Shown: in pieces, positions 8,706-17,157 of the stretch
Numbering within the stretch: the stretch's first letter is position 1
How the letters are laid out: every line of letters starts with the position of its first letter
Assembly: GCA_964626455.1 (NCBI GenBank)
Contig: CAZVFQ010000004.1
Location: 5,819-69,818, forward strand
From: an uncultured Desulfobacteraceae bacterium
GTDB lineage: Bacteria > Desulfobacterota > Desulfobacteria > Desulfobacterales > Desulfosalsimonadaceae
Length of the DNA: 64,000 nucleotides
Direction: 5' to 3'
Notes under the pieces: generated by a model
Told to the model about the DNA's origin: nothing
The model's input: the letters and a program-made list of their open reading frames with translations, nothing else
Database searches by the model: none
Made by a program: the position numbers and the translations under genes

Positions 8706-10376
8706 ATGGAAACAAGGTCCTGGCACAAAAACTACGACTACAACATTCCCACAACCATCCGCTACCCCAAAATCCCGGTCTCTGAACTGGTTCACACCGC
8801 AGCCAGCATTACGCCCAACAAGACCGCGCTTAACTTGTACGGAACTGAAATCACGTTCTGCGACCTGCGCCGCCAGATCCTGCGCATGGCAAACGCGCTT
8901 GCAGAACTTGGAATTAAAAAGGGAGACCGGGTGGGAGTCCATCTTCCAAACAGCCCGCAGTACGTAATAGCCTATTACGGTGCCATGTCTCTGGGGGCAA
9001 TTGTTGTAAACTTAAACCCCATGTACACGGCAGAAGAACTAAAGGGCCTTTCGCAAAACACGGGTTTGGACACCCTGTTTACCTTTGATACGGTGCTGCC
9101 CAATATAAGACAGCTGTGCGAATCAGTGGAAATAAAAAATGTTATAATTACAAGAATAACCGACTATATAAACGGATTTAATGTAAGTAGCCATAAAGAA
9201 CTTGAACTGGAAGAAAGCTGGCATCATTTCTCCGAGCTGCTGGAAAGCTGCACAAACACAGTACCGCCCCGGATAGACATTGATCCCAATGATCCTGCCT
9301 TAATCCAGTTTACAGGAGGCACCACAGGTCTTCCCAAGGGGGCGGTGCTTACCCACAGAAACATTATAGCTGCCACCATGCAGGCCAGCCTCTGGGGATC
9401 GCATCTAAACAACATGACCCCAGTGCCGGAACGAAACGTACTTGCCATGCTGCCGTTTTTCCATGTATACGGCGATATAGTAGTGCTGAACTGGGCAATG
9501 TTCAACTGCGCCACCATGATCCTGGTTCCCAGATTTGATATTGAGGAAATCATGGGATTGCTCGAAAATATCCCAAGAATCCAGTTCTTTCCCGCGGTCC
9601 CGACCATGATAGGGGCCATTTTAAACCACCCCAAAGCTGAATCCATGGAACTTGACAAAAAATTCGGCCTGCTAAACAGCGGCGGCGCCCCTTGTCCTGT
9701 GAGCCTTATTGAACGCGCCAAGGATCTAAACATATGCTTCGGCGAAGGCTGGGGCATGAGTGAAACCACGTCCATGGGTATTGCCAACCCGAACATGGGC
9801 CTTAAAAAGCCCGGCAGCATAGGCATTCCCATTCCTGACAACGACATCAAGCTCGTGGACCCCAGCGACGGAGCCACCGAGGTCAAGCAGGGAGAACGCG
9901 GGGAACTTATTATAAAAGGCCCCCAGGTGATGACCGGCTACTGGAACAACCCGGAAGAGACCGCAAACCAGTTAAAAGACGGCTGGCTCTATACAGGAGA
10001 CGTTGCCGTCCAGGATGAAGACGGGTATGTCTATCTAGTGGACCGTACAAAAGACATGATAATTGCAAGCGGATACAACATTTATCCCAGGGAAATAGAC
10101 GAAGTGCTCTATCGTCATCCCAAGGTTTCAGAAGCCGCCACAGTAGGTGTGCCCGATGAATACAGGGGTGAGACAATCAAGGCATATATTGTTTTAAAGT
10201 CCGGCGAAACCGCCACGGAAGAAGAAATCATTGAATTCTGCAAGGACAAGCTTGCCGCCTACAAAAGGCCAAAGATTGTGGAATTCAGAGAAAGCATACC
10301 AAAGTCGGCTGTCGGCAAAATTCTGCGCAAAAACCTGCGGGCTGAAGAAGAAGCAAAGGCAGGCAAAAAGGAATAG
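8706..10376 (+). CDS. Long-chain-fatty-acid--CoA ligase (AMP-binding family)
   Basis: FTGGTTGLPKGA, GWGMSET, YTGDVA and KILR motifs. Start at the ATG at 8706, preceded by AGGAGG. Confidence 0.85.
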   Translation: METRSWHKNYDYNIPTTIRYPKIPVSELVHTAASITPNKTALNLYGTEITFCDLRRQILRMANALAELGIKKGDRVGVHLPNSPQYVIAYYGAMSLGAIVVNLNPMYTAEELKGLSQNTGLDTLFTFDTVLPNIRQLCESVEIKNVIITRITDYINGFNVSSHKELELEESWHHFSELLESCTNTVPPRIDIDPNDPALIQFTGGTTGLPKGAVLTHRNIIAATMQASLWGSHLNNMTPVPERNVLAMLPFFHVYGDIVVLNWAMFNCATMILVPRFDIEEIMGLLENIPRIQFFPAVPTMIGAILNHPKAESMELDKKFGLLNSGGAPCPVSLIERAKDLNICFGEGWGMSETTSMGIANPNMGLKKPGSIGIPIPDNDIKLVDPSDGATEVKQGERGELIIKGPQVMTGYWNNPEETANQLKDGWLYTGDVAVQDEDGYVYLVDRTKDMIIASGYNIYPREIDEVLYRHPKVSEAATVGVPDEYRGETIKAYIVLKSGETATEEEIIEFCKDKLAAYKRPKIVEFRESIPKSAVGKILRKNLRAEEEAKAGKKE

Positions 10377-10410
10377 GGAAAATCATCCGCATCTGATTAA
10401 ATGCTATCGT

Positions 10411-10439
10411 GCAGGCCGGGCTGTTTTTGCCCGGCCTGC
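10411..10439. terminator. GC-rich hairpin between convergent genes
   Basis: GCAGGCCGGGC-TGTTTTT-GCCCGGCCTGC. Confidence 0.5.
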
Positions 10440-10504
10440 TTTGCGGGCTTTGTATTTAAAATTCCAGAAATTGGGCAAAATCTCTGATTAGCAGATTATT
10501 ATAA

Positions 10505-11701
10505 TTACCGATCAACTTCCACCCTGTTGCGGCCGGCGCGCTTGCCCCGATAAAGGGCTGCATCTGCCCGCCGTACCAGATCCTTGATACCATGATCATT
10601 TTCTGTCAGCTCTGCTGCACCGATGGTGGCTGTCAGGTTAAATCGGGTCTGCTCCGCCACTATTTCTGTATTTTCAATGCCTTGTCTGAGACGCTCTGAT
10701 ACGATAACCGCATCTGACAGGTTAGTATCGGGCAGAAGAATCACAAACTCTTCTCCTCCCAACCTACCTATGATATCGACCTGACGCAGCTTCCGGCGGC
10801 AGATGTCTGCGATTTCCTGCAAAGCAATATCTCCGGCGCCATGGCCGTAATTATCATTTACCTGCTTGAAATGATCCAAATCCAGGACCAGCATACTCAT
10901 GGCCCCTCCGTAGCGCTGTATACGATGAAATTCCCTGAGGAACAAATCCTCATACCTGCGGCGATTATACAGTCCGGTAAGAGGATCTGTTTCTGCCTGA
11001 TGCTTGAGTTTTGCTTCAAGTTCTTCTCTGGCCCTGATATGGTGTTGCAGCTCTGTGTTTGCGGATTCAGCGACCAGCAGCATTGAAAATGACCGGCGGC
11101 TCTCAAACTGAAACCTGTGACATACAAAAAGCCCGGTGCCAGCAGGGGCCAGAAGCATCAATGACAAGCCGGTCAATTCAGACGGGCCGGAGCCTGCCAC
11201 CAAGTGCACACTCAGCATGGTTCCTGCAATGGCATACAAGGCTGCCGCGGTTCCGGGCACAATCCGGTTGGGAATAAAAACATACTGGCCTATGAGCATA
11301 GCCATGACCATTGCAATAATCCAGGGCATCTGAGCTGCTGGCAGAAAGAAAAAAATCAGAAAAAACCCGGTCCATCCGAAAATAAGAAGGCCGGCAACAC
11401 CGTGGCCGTTCATCACCAGCCCGGGCCGGCGTCCAATCAGTATGGCAAAGATAAGAATCACAGCGCTTACAAACAGCCGCATGCTGAGCAGAACCCAGAA
11501 CCCCTGCTCAGTGCCCAGGTTTATATAATCATTGTAAATAAACAATACAAACAAAACACCCCACAGCCCCAGGCCAAACCTCGTGTGTCTGATATTAAAT
11601 CGTGCATTCCGCCTGCGATAGTCTGACTCCACAGCAGGATCGGAAAATTCTGCGGTCCAGAACGATATATCTTGTTGGAGGTGCGGTTGGCTGTCGGTCA
11701 A
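10505..11701 (-). CDS. Membrane-anchored diguanylate cyclase (GGDEF)
   Basis: About 200 aa of hydrophobic N-terminal helices, then LTGLYNRR...GGEEFVILL...RADAALYRGKRAGRN. Confidence 0.85.
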   Translation of the reverse strand: MTDSQPHLQQDISFWTAEFSDPAVESDYRRRNARFNIRHTRFGLGLWGVLFVLFIYNDYINLGTEQGFWVLLSMRLFVSAVILIFAILIGRRPGLVMNGHGVAGLLIFGWTGFFLIFFFLPAAQMPWIIAMVMAMLIGQYVFIPNRIVPGTAAALYAIAGTMLSVHLVAGSGPSELTGLSLMLLAPAGTGLFVCHRFQFESRRSFSMLLVAESANTELQHHIRAREELEAKLKHQAETDPLTGLYNRRRYEDLFLREFHRIQRYGGAMSMLVLDLDHFKQVNDNYGHGAGDIALQEIADICRRKLRQVDIIGRLGGEEFVILLPDTNLSDAVIVSERLRQGIENTEIVAEQTRFNLTATIGAAELTENDHGIKDLVRRADAALYRGKRAGRNRVEVDR

Positions 11702-11750
11702 AATAAACCTCCTTAAAATACTGAACAGGAAGTTGCAAATTCATGATTTT

Positions 11751-11768
11751 ATGATATACCTATATCAT
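11751..11768. promoter_or_regulatory. Perfect 8+8 inverted repeat in a divergent promoter region
   Basis: ATGATATA-CC-TATATCAT, between the GGDEF gene and the ALDH/ADH fusion gene. Confidence 0.3.
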
Positions 11769-11862
11769 ATTCAGCACACTAATACGAATATCTTTTTTTA
11801 ATTACATCCCCCGGACTTTACAACGCCTTTCCCGAAAAACTCAGGAAAAAGGAGGAAAATTC

Positions 11863-14523
11863 ATGGACCATTACAAGCTTTTTATCAACGGTGAATTCGT
11901 TGATGCTGCCAGCGGAAAGACCTTTGAATCCATAGACCCCGGAACCGGAGCCCAAATTGCCACGGTGGCCAGGGCCGGAGCACCGGAGGCCGAAGCCGCG
12001 ATTGACGCAGCCAGAAAAACCTTTGACAGCGGTGTATGGAGCGGGCTTAGTCCAAGGGCACGCATGGAAAAAATCAATGCCTTTGCCGACCAGGTAAGCC
12101 AGCAGGCTTTAAGGCTTGCCATCACCGAAGCCATGGACTCGGGCCACATCATTCGGCTGGCAAAGTACTGGGGGATGCTCGGCTCACAAATGCTTCGCAA
12201 TTATGCACATTACGCGGCAAATCACTTTCCCTGGGAAGAAGAAATACCATATGCCGGAAACGTGTTTGCACCGGGCCGCGATTTTATCCGGCGCGAACCG
12301 GTCGGGGTGTGTGTCGGCATCATCCCCTGGAATTTCCCCTTAAGCATGGCCTTCTGGAAAATCGCCCCTGCAATCGCAATGGGAAATTGCATAGTTTTAA
12401 AACCCGCTTCTTCAACGCCCCTTGGTGCCCTTATTCTGGCAGAGGCCGCACAGGCCGCGGGCATTCCAAAAGGCGTGATAAACATCATTGCAGGACCGGG
12501 CGATGAACTTGGAAACACTTTATGCACCCATCGGTCTGTGGACAAGATCGCTTTTACCGGCAGCACTGAAGTCGGCAGAAATATAATGAAAATGGCATCT
12601 GACACAGTAAAAAAGGTTACCCTGGAACTGGGAGGAAAATCAGCCAACATAATCCTTGATGATGCTGATTTGGACCTGGCAGTCGAGGGTGCCATCTTTG
12701 GTACGTTTTTCCATCAGGGCCAGGTCTGTGAATCAGGCACCCGGGTGCTGGTCTCCTCGAAAATATATGATAAATTTCTTGAAAAAATGAAGAGCCGGGC
12801 TGAAAACCTGCGTATTGGATATCAGCTCGATTCTGCATCCCACCAGGGTCCGCTTGTCAATTCAACCCAGCTTGCAACCGTGGAGCGCTACGTGGAGCTT
12901 GGCAAACAGGAAGGGGCCCGCCTGGTTACCGGGGGCGAACGTGCGGAAGTTGAAGGTCTGGAAAAAGGTTTATATTACAAGCCCACAATTTTCGCTGATG
13001 TTAAAAACAGCATGCGCATCGCCCAGGAGGAAATCTTCGGCCCTGTTGTATGCGTGATCAAATTTGACACTGATGAAGAAGCCGTGGAGATTGCCAATGA
13101 TTCAATGTACGGTCTGGGGGGCGGGGTCTTTTCAGCAAGCAATGCCAGGGCAGAACGCCTTGCAAGGCAGGTCAGGACCGGCACCATGTGGATCAACAAC
13201 TACCACGCATTTGGCGATTTCTGCCCGTTCGGCGGATATAAACAATCCGGCATCGGACGCGAGCTTGGAGAAGCTGGTCTGATGGAATACACAGAGGCAA
13301 AAAGGGTTCACGTTTCAGCCAGTGCCGACCAGAACAGCAACTTCATGATGAAAATGTTTTCTGATGATCCGAAAATCCCGTTTGTTCAATACATAACACC
13401 AACGCTGGTGCTGGCCGGCCGCGGCTGCCTGCCTTCTGTCTACAGGGAAGCGGTGCGCCTCGGCGGCAGCCGGGCACTGGTGCTGACAGATGCCGGGGTA
13501 AAAGATGCCGGCCTTACGCAGCTTGCCTGTGAGGCCCTGGGAGATTTCTGCGTCGGAGTATTTGACGATATCGCCCAGGATACGGATCTTGGCATTGTTG
13601 ACAAGGCCACGGATCTGGCAAAAGAACTTGGTGCCGATATTATTGTAAGCGTGGGGGGAGGGAGTGTGATTGACACTGCCAAGGCTGTCTGCGTAACTCT
13701 TAAAAACGGAGGCAAAGCCGATGACCACATAGCACTGATGCGTCTTACAGAACCGCAGATCCCTCATATTGCAATCCCCACCACGTCGGGTACGGGAAGC
13801 GAGGTCACAAACGTCTCTGTGATAAAAAGCCAGGCAGCCGGACGGAAAGTCTATATAGTTGACAATTTCATCACCCCGAGCACCGCCATTCTTGATCCGC
13901 GCTTTACAATGTCTCTTCCTCCGGGCCTGACTGCAACTACGGCCATGGACGCAATGACCCATGCGGTCGAAGCCCTTACAAGCACAATGTCCAATCCTAT
14001 CTGCGACGGCCATGCACTCCAGGCCATTCGGTTGATCAGGGAGAATCTGCCGAAAGTTATGGAAAACCCGCAAGATGAAAAGGCAAGAAACAATATGCAG
14101 ATAGCCGCTACAACGGCAGGATGGGCTTTCGGCATAGCCCAGGTGGGCCTTGCCCATTCCATGGCCCATACCCTGGGAATGTTGAACAACGTACCCCACG
14201 GCGCTGCCTGCGGTATTGTACTGCCCGCTGTCATGCGTTTTAACGTGGATTTTGCTTCAGAAGAGCTGGCTCTTGCAGCCCAGGCCCTGGGAGTAAGCAT
14301 AGGGGGTATGGGTACACGCGATGCAGCCATGGCAGGAGTTGATGCGCTTGAAAACCTCATGAAGGAATCAGGCCATCCCATGCGCCTGAGCGAAGTGGGA
14401 GTTACAGAAGAAACCCTGTCCATGGCTCCGTTTCACGCAATTGCTGACACCCCCACGCTGTTTAATGCACGGCCAGTGACTGATCCAAACGAAATTGCCG
14501 AGCTTTACAAGCAGGTATTTTAA
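11863..14523 (+). CDS. Fusion protein: NAD(P)-dependent aldehyde dehydrogenase (N) plus iron-containing alcohol dehydrogenase (C)
   Basis: One continuous 886-aa ORF. The N-terminal half has ELGGKSANI and FFHQGQVCESGTRVLV (ALDH Glu/Cys motifs). The C-terminal half has GGGSVIDTAK and HAVEAL...HSMAHTLG (Fe-ADH motifs). Confidence 0.85.
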   Translation: MDHYKLFINGEFVDAASGKTFESIDPGTGAQIATVARAGAPEAEAAIDAARKTFDSGVWSGLSPRARMEKINAFADQVSQQALRLAITEAMDSGHIIRLAKYWGMLGSQMLRNYAHYAANHFPWEEEIPYAGNVFAPGRDFIRREPVGVCVGIIPWNFPLSMAFWKIAPAIAMGNCIVLKPASSTPLGALILAEAAQAAGIPKGVINIIAGPGDELGNTLCTHRSVDKIAFTGSTEVGRNIMKMASDTVKKVTLELGGKSANIILDDADLDLAVEGAIFGTFFHQGQVCESGTRVLVSSKIYDKFLEKMKSRAENLRIGYQLDSASHQGPLVNSTQLATVERYVELGKQEGARLVTGGERAEVEGLEKGLYYKPTIFADVKNSMRIAQEEIFGPVVCVIKFDTDEEAVEIANDSMYGLGGGVFSASNARAERLARQVRTGTMWINNYHAFGDFCPFGGYKQSGIGRELGEAGLMEYTEAKRVHVSASADQNSNFMMKMFSDDPKIPFVQYITPTLVLAGRGCLPSVYREAVRLGGSRALVLTDAGVKDAGLTQLACEALGDFCVGVFDDIAQDTDLGIVDKATDLAKELGADIIVSVGGGSVIDTAKAVCVTLKNGGKADDHIALMRLTEPQIPHIAIPTTSGTGSEVTNVSVIKSQAAGRKVYIVDNFITPSTAILDPRFTMSLPPGLTATTAMDAMTHAVEALTSTMSNPICDGHALQAIRLIRENLPKVMENPQDEKARNNMQIAATTAGWAFGIAQVGLAHSMAHTLGMLNNVPHGAACGIVLPAVMRFNVDFASEELALAAQALGVSIGGMGTRDAAMAGVDALENLMKESGHPMRLSEVGVTEETLSMAPFHAIADTPTLFNARPVTDPNEIAELYKQVF

Positions 14524-14550
14524 AAAACCCGAAAGCAAAATTCACATGCA

Positions 14551-14580
14551 AATCCCCCCTCCGGGACAGGAGGGGGGATT
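14551..14580. terminator. 12-bp GC hairpin between convergent genes
   Basis: AATCCCCCCTCC-GGGACA-GGAGGGGGGATT. The flanking T/A runs are weak. Confidence 0.5.
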
Positions 14581-14595
14581 AAATTCATCATTATA

Positions 14596-15006
14596 TCAGG
14601 CAAGTTTTTTGCCCGCCCCGGGGCCTGGGGCAAGACCGTAGATTTCCTCAATATTGATTATAACCGCGCCCTTGGATTTCAAGGGCGCTCCGGCCCGGTT
14701 GCCGAGATCCTCGATCCATTTGGCTGTTTCCTCAAAACGTTTGCCCGAGGTTTCGATTGTAACAGTTCCTTTTAATTGATATCCTTCCCGGTCCTTCCAG
14801 AAAGATACCGCTACCTTTGGATTTGACTTCATATTGGCAAGGGTTTTGTTGAAAAACTGATCGGATATCAGTATTGTTTCATCATCAATTATCTTTTTTG
14901 CCCCTACGGGAACCGCATTTGGTGTCCCGTCTGAGGCCGCGGTAGCCAGTATTGCGGTTGGAACCTCTTTGAACAATTCCTGCATTCTCTCTGTCATCTG
15001 TGCCAT
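14596..15006 (-). CDS. Pyridoxamine 5'-phosphate oxidase-family flavoprotein
   Basis: MAQMTERMQELF..ILATAASDGTPNAVPVG...VAVSFW resembles PNPOx-like split-barrel proteins. Start taken at MAQM. Confidence 0.65.
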   Translation of the reverse strand: MAQMTERMQELFKEVPTAILATAASDGTPNAVPVGAKKIIDDETILISDQFFNKTLANMKSNPKVAVSFWKDREGYQLKGTVTIETSGKRFEETAKWIEDLGNRAGAPLKSKGAVIINIEEIYGLAPGPGAGKKLA

Positions 15007-15100
15007 TTCTTCCTCCTTTCTGCAGATGTGACTGTTGAACAATGACAAACCATGTGCTAATTATCATGATAAACAATAATCCTTCCGGCGCGGAATGTAA

Positions 15101-15436
15101 ATGAAGAACAAAAGACGCAATAACGAAACATTCAGCCATATCGGCGAGGTGCTCTCTGAGGTAGTCCGGCAGGTCAGAAGGGAATCGGATTCCGAACTGG
15201 CCAGGATAAAAGAACTCTGGCGCCACGGACTTGATCCGATAATATCTGAAAACAGCCGGCCCGAAGCCCTTAAAAATGACATCCTTCTTGTAAATGTGGC
15301 AAGTTCCACAGTAATCCAGCACCTGCGTTTTCTTACTCCGCAAATCACACAACAGCTCAACAGGGCCCTTGGCGATGACAGAATAGGCCGGATACAGTAC
15401 AAAATCGGACCGGTCTCTTCCCGGAACAATAAATGA
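15101..15436 (+). CDS. DUF721 / DciA-like protein
   Basis: 111 aa: ...W...L...I...S.P..L....LLVNVASSTVIQHLRFLTPQITQQLNRALG...I..IQYKIG is the typical DUF721 pattern. Confidence 0.6.
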   Translation: MKNKRRNNETFSHIGEVLSEVVRQVRRESDSELARIKELWRHGLDPIISENSRPEALKNDILLVNVASSTVIQHLRFLTPQITQQLNRALGDDRIGRIQYKIGPVSSRNNK

Positions 15437-16158
15437 ACAGCCTGACGCACGACACATTTTTTAATGGAAAAATCTCAGTAAAACAGCCTGTAAACGGATA
15501 TCGTTTTTCCATCGATGCCGTGCTGCTCGGAAATCTTGCAGATATAAAACCCGGCGAGCGGGTTCTTGAACTGGGCACAGGATGCGGTGTTATTCCGCTT
15601 ATCCTTTGCTGCAGACATCCTGAGCTTTGTGCTGTCTTTGGTGCGGAAATCCAGCAGGAACTGGCGCAAATCGCGGCAGACAATGCAGCAGAGAACAAGA
15701 TGGATAACAAGATCACCATTCTGCACAAGGATATAAAAAAAATCAGCCCCTCAGATACCAACGGCCACGTGGAAGCCGTGATATGCAATCCCCCGCATTT
15801 TACTGAAAAATCAGGGCGGATAAATCCGGACTCCCAGCGGGCCGTGGCCCGCCATGAAATAGCCATGACCCTTTCTGATCTTACATCTGCTGCATCCAGG
15901 ATGCTTGCGCCCGGAGGAAGACTGATGGTTATATATCCATGTGAACGACTTGCCGATCTGCTCGCAGCAATGCGGCAAACCGGCATTGAGCCCAAAAAAC
16001 TGAGAATGATCCATCCAGCACCGCAAACCCCCGCCCAAAAGGTACTCGCATACGGCTTCAAGGGTAAAAATCCCGGCCTCAGGATTGCCCCCCCTCTTTA
16101 CATCCGTTCAGATCCGGAAAACTACTCCAAAGAAGTCAATGCCATGTTTAAGCAGTAA
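15433..16158 (+). CDS. tRNA1(Val) (adenine37-N6)-methyltransferase-like SAM methyltransferase
   Basis: GYRFSIDAVLL, VLELGTGCGVI (SAM motif I), ICNPPHF (NPPY-type motif IV). A 4-nt ATGA overlap with the upstream gene. Confidence 0.7.
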   Translation: MNSLTHDTFFNGKISVKQPVNGYRFSIDAVLLGNLADIKPGERVLELGTGCGVIPLILCCRHPELCAVFGAEIQQELAQIAADNAAENKMDNKITILHKDIKKISPSDTNGHVEAVICNPPHFTEKSGRINPDSQRAVARHEIAMTLSDLTSAASRMLAPGGRLMVIYPCERLADLLAAMRQTGIEPKKLRMIHPAPQTPAQKVLAYGFKGKNPGLRIAPPLYIRSDPENYSKEVNAMFKQ

Positions 16159-16192
16159 AAGACCCTGAAACCTCAGAATCTGTATATTATAT

Positions 16193-16221
16193 TTGACAAC
16201 AAACAGCTGAACAGCTAATTT
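16193..16221 (+). promoter_or_regulatory. Candidate sigma70 promoter for tRNA-Ser (TTGACA-17 nt-TAATTT)
   Basis: TTGACA at 16193-16198, TAATTT at 16216-16221, about 50 nt upstream of the tRNA. Confidence 0.4.
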
Positions 16222-16270
16222 AACAACCTGCTCACAGTATTGGTGCCAGACAAAGGCAAAGCCAGACAAC

Positions 16271-16361
<91 letters not shown>

Positions 16362-16505
16362 ACTAAATTATAAAATCCAATAGATATGCTAAATATCGGC
16401 TACATGACATCATTAGTGATACCATAAAAATATCTATAAATTACAAAGAGGCCAGGCGAAAATCCCAGCGTTCAAACCTTTCTTGAAACCGGATAAAATC
16501 AAGCT

Positions 16506-16889
16506 GTGAAATGCAAAATTGATATAACATCGGCTACTGATGTAGCTGCTTGGGTTACCAGGAAGGCATTTTATGAAAACGTGGACGAATGGGATCTTGG
16601 TCTGCGGGAGGCGAAAACAATCCTCGACAGGTACCATTCAGATTGGTTTCGGGATAGTACCGATGGCTTGCGTTTTACGCCCCCAGCTTTCGTGTTTAGG
16701 GACGGATTCTTAATGGGTATCAATGGGCGTCATCGAGCGATACTGCTTTTTAGACATATGAAGGCTATCCCAATGTTGCTTGCTATCCCTGAGATCTGGC
16801 CAAAGGAAAAATTTGCGGAAATCGCCTTAAAGCGAATCGAAGAGGATGGGGTTGTGGAACTCCCTGACCTTCCAATCCAATTGTTTTAA
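16506..16889 (+). CDS. Hypothetical protein, possible ParB/sulfiredoxin-fold (ParBc-like) domain
   Basis: 127 aa with a GTG start. FTPPAFVFRDGFLMGINGRHRAILLF..IPML resembles the ParB-like DG-x-HR-x-x-A core. Low-GC gene. Confidence 0.4.
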   Translation: MKCKIDITSATDVAAWVTRKAFYENVDEWDLGLREAKTILDRYHSDWFRDSTDGLRFTPPAFVFRDGFLMGINGRHRAILLFRHMKAIPMLLAIPEIWPKEKFAEIALKRIEEDGVVELPDLPIQLF

Positions 16890-17157
16890 GTGGTGGTCAT
16901 CACCATCCTTTGGTTTCATGTGAGGGTGTCCATCGAAAAAATAAACTAACAAACTGAATTTAAACAATTTACAAAGTCAGATTTTCTAAAATGCCCCCGA
17001 AAATACCCCCGAATTTTTTTACTGGGTACGGTCTCATTCGATTATTAATAACTATTTGTAGAGGCATCCAGGAGAAAATATGGATTTTGCCTCACGCAAA
17101 CCCTGTTCTAAGCTTGGTTTAAAGCCTGATTAATCATCTTATCATTCTTGGCAGTTA

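Noticed and set aside
13315-14199. Long antisense ORFs inside well-supported genes (for example 13315-14199, 9224-9886, 53012-53767, 15357-16061, 14885-15457, 12222-12695).
   Set aside because: They lie opposite ORFs with clear family motifs. Their products are Arg/Gly/Cys/Pro-rich low-complexity sequences typical of shadow frames in GC-rich coding DNA, and none has a recognisable motif.
15433-16158. The NPPH-motif methyltransferase as the cognate modification enzyme for the FokI-like nuclease.
   Set aside because: It lies outside the low-GC islet on the other side of tRNA-Ser and has host-like composition. It is translationally coupled to the DUF721 gene, and it matches the tRNA (adenine37-N6) methyltransferase pattern rather than a DNA methyltransferase with a target-recognition domain.
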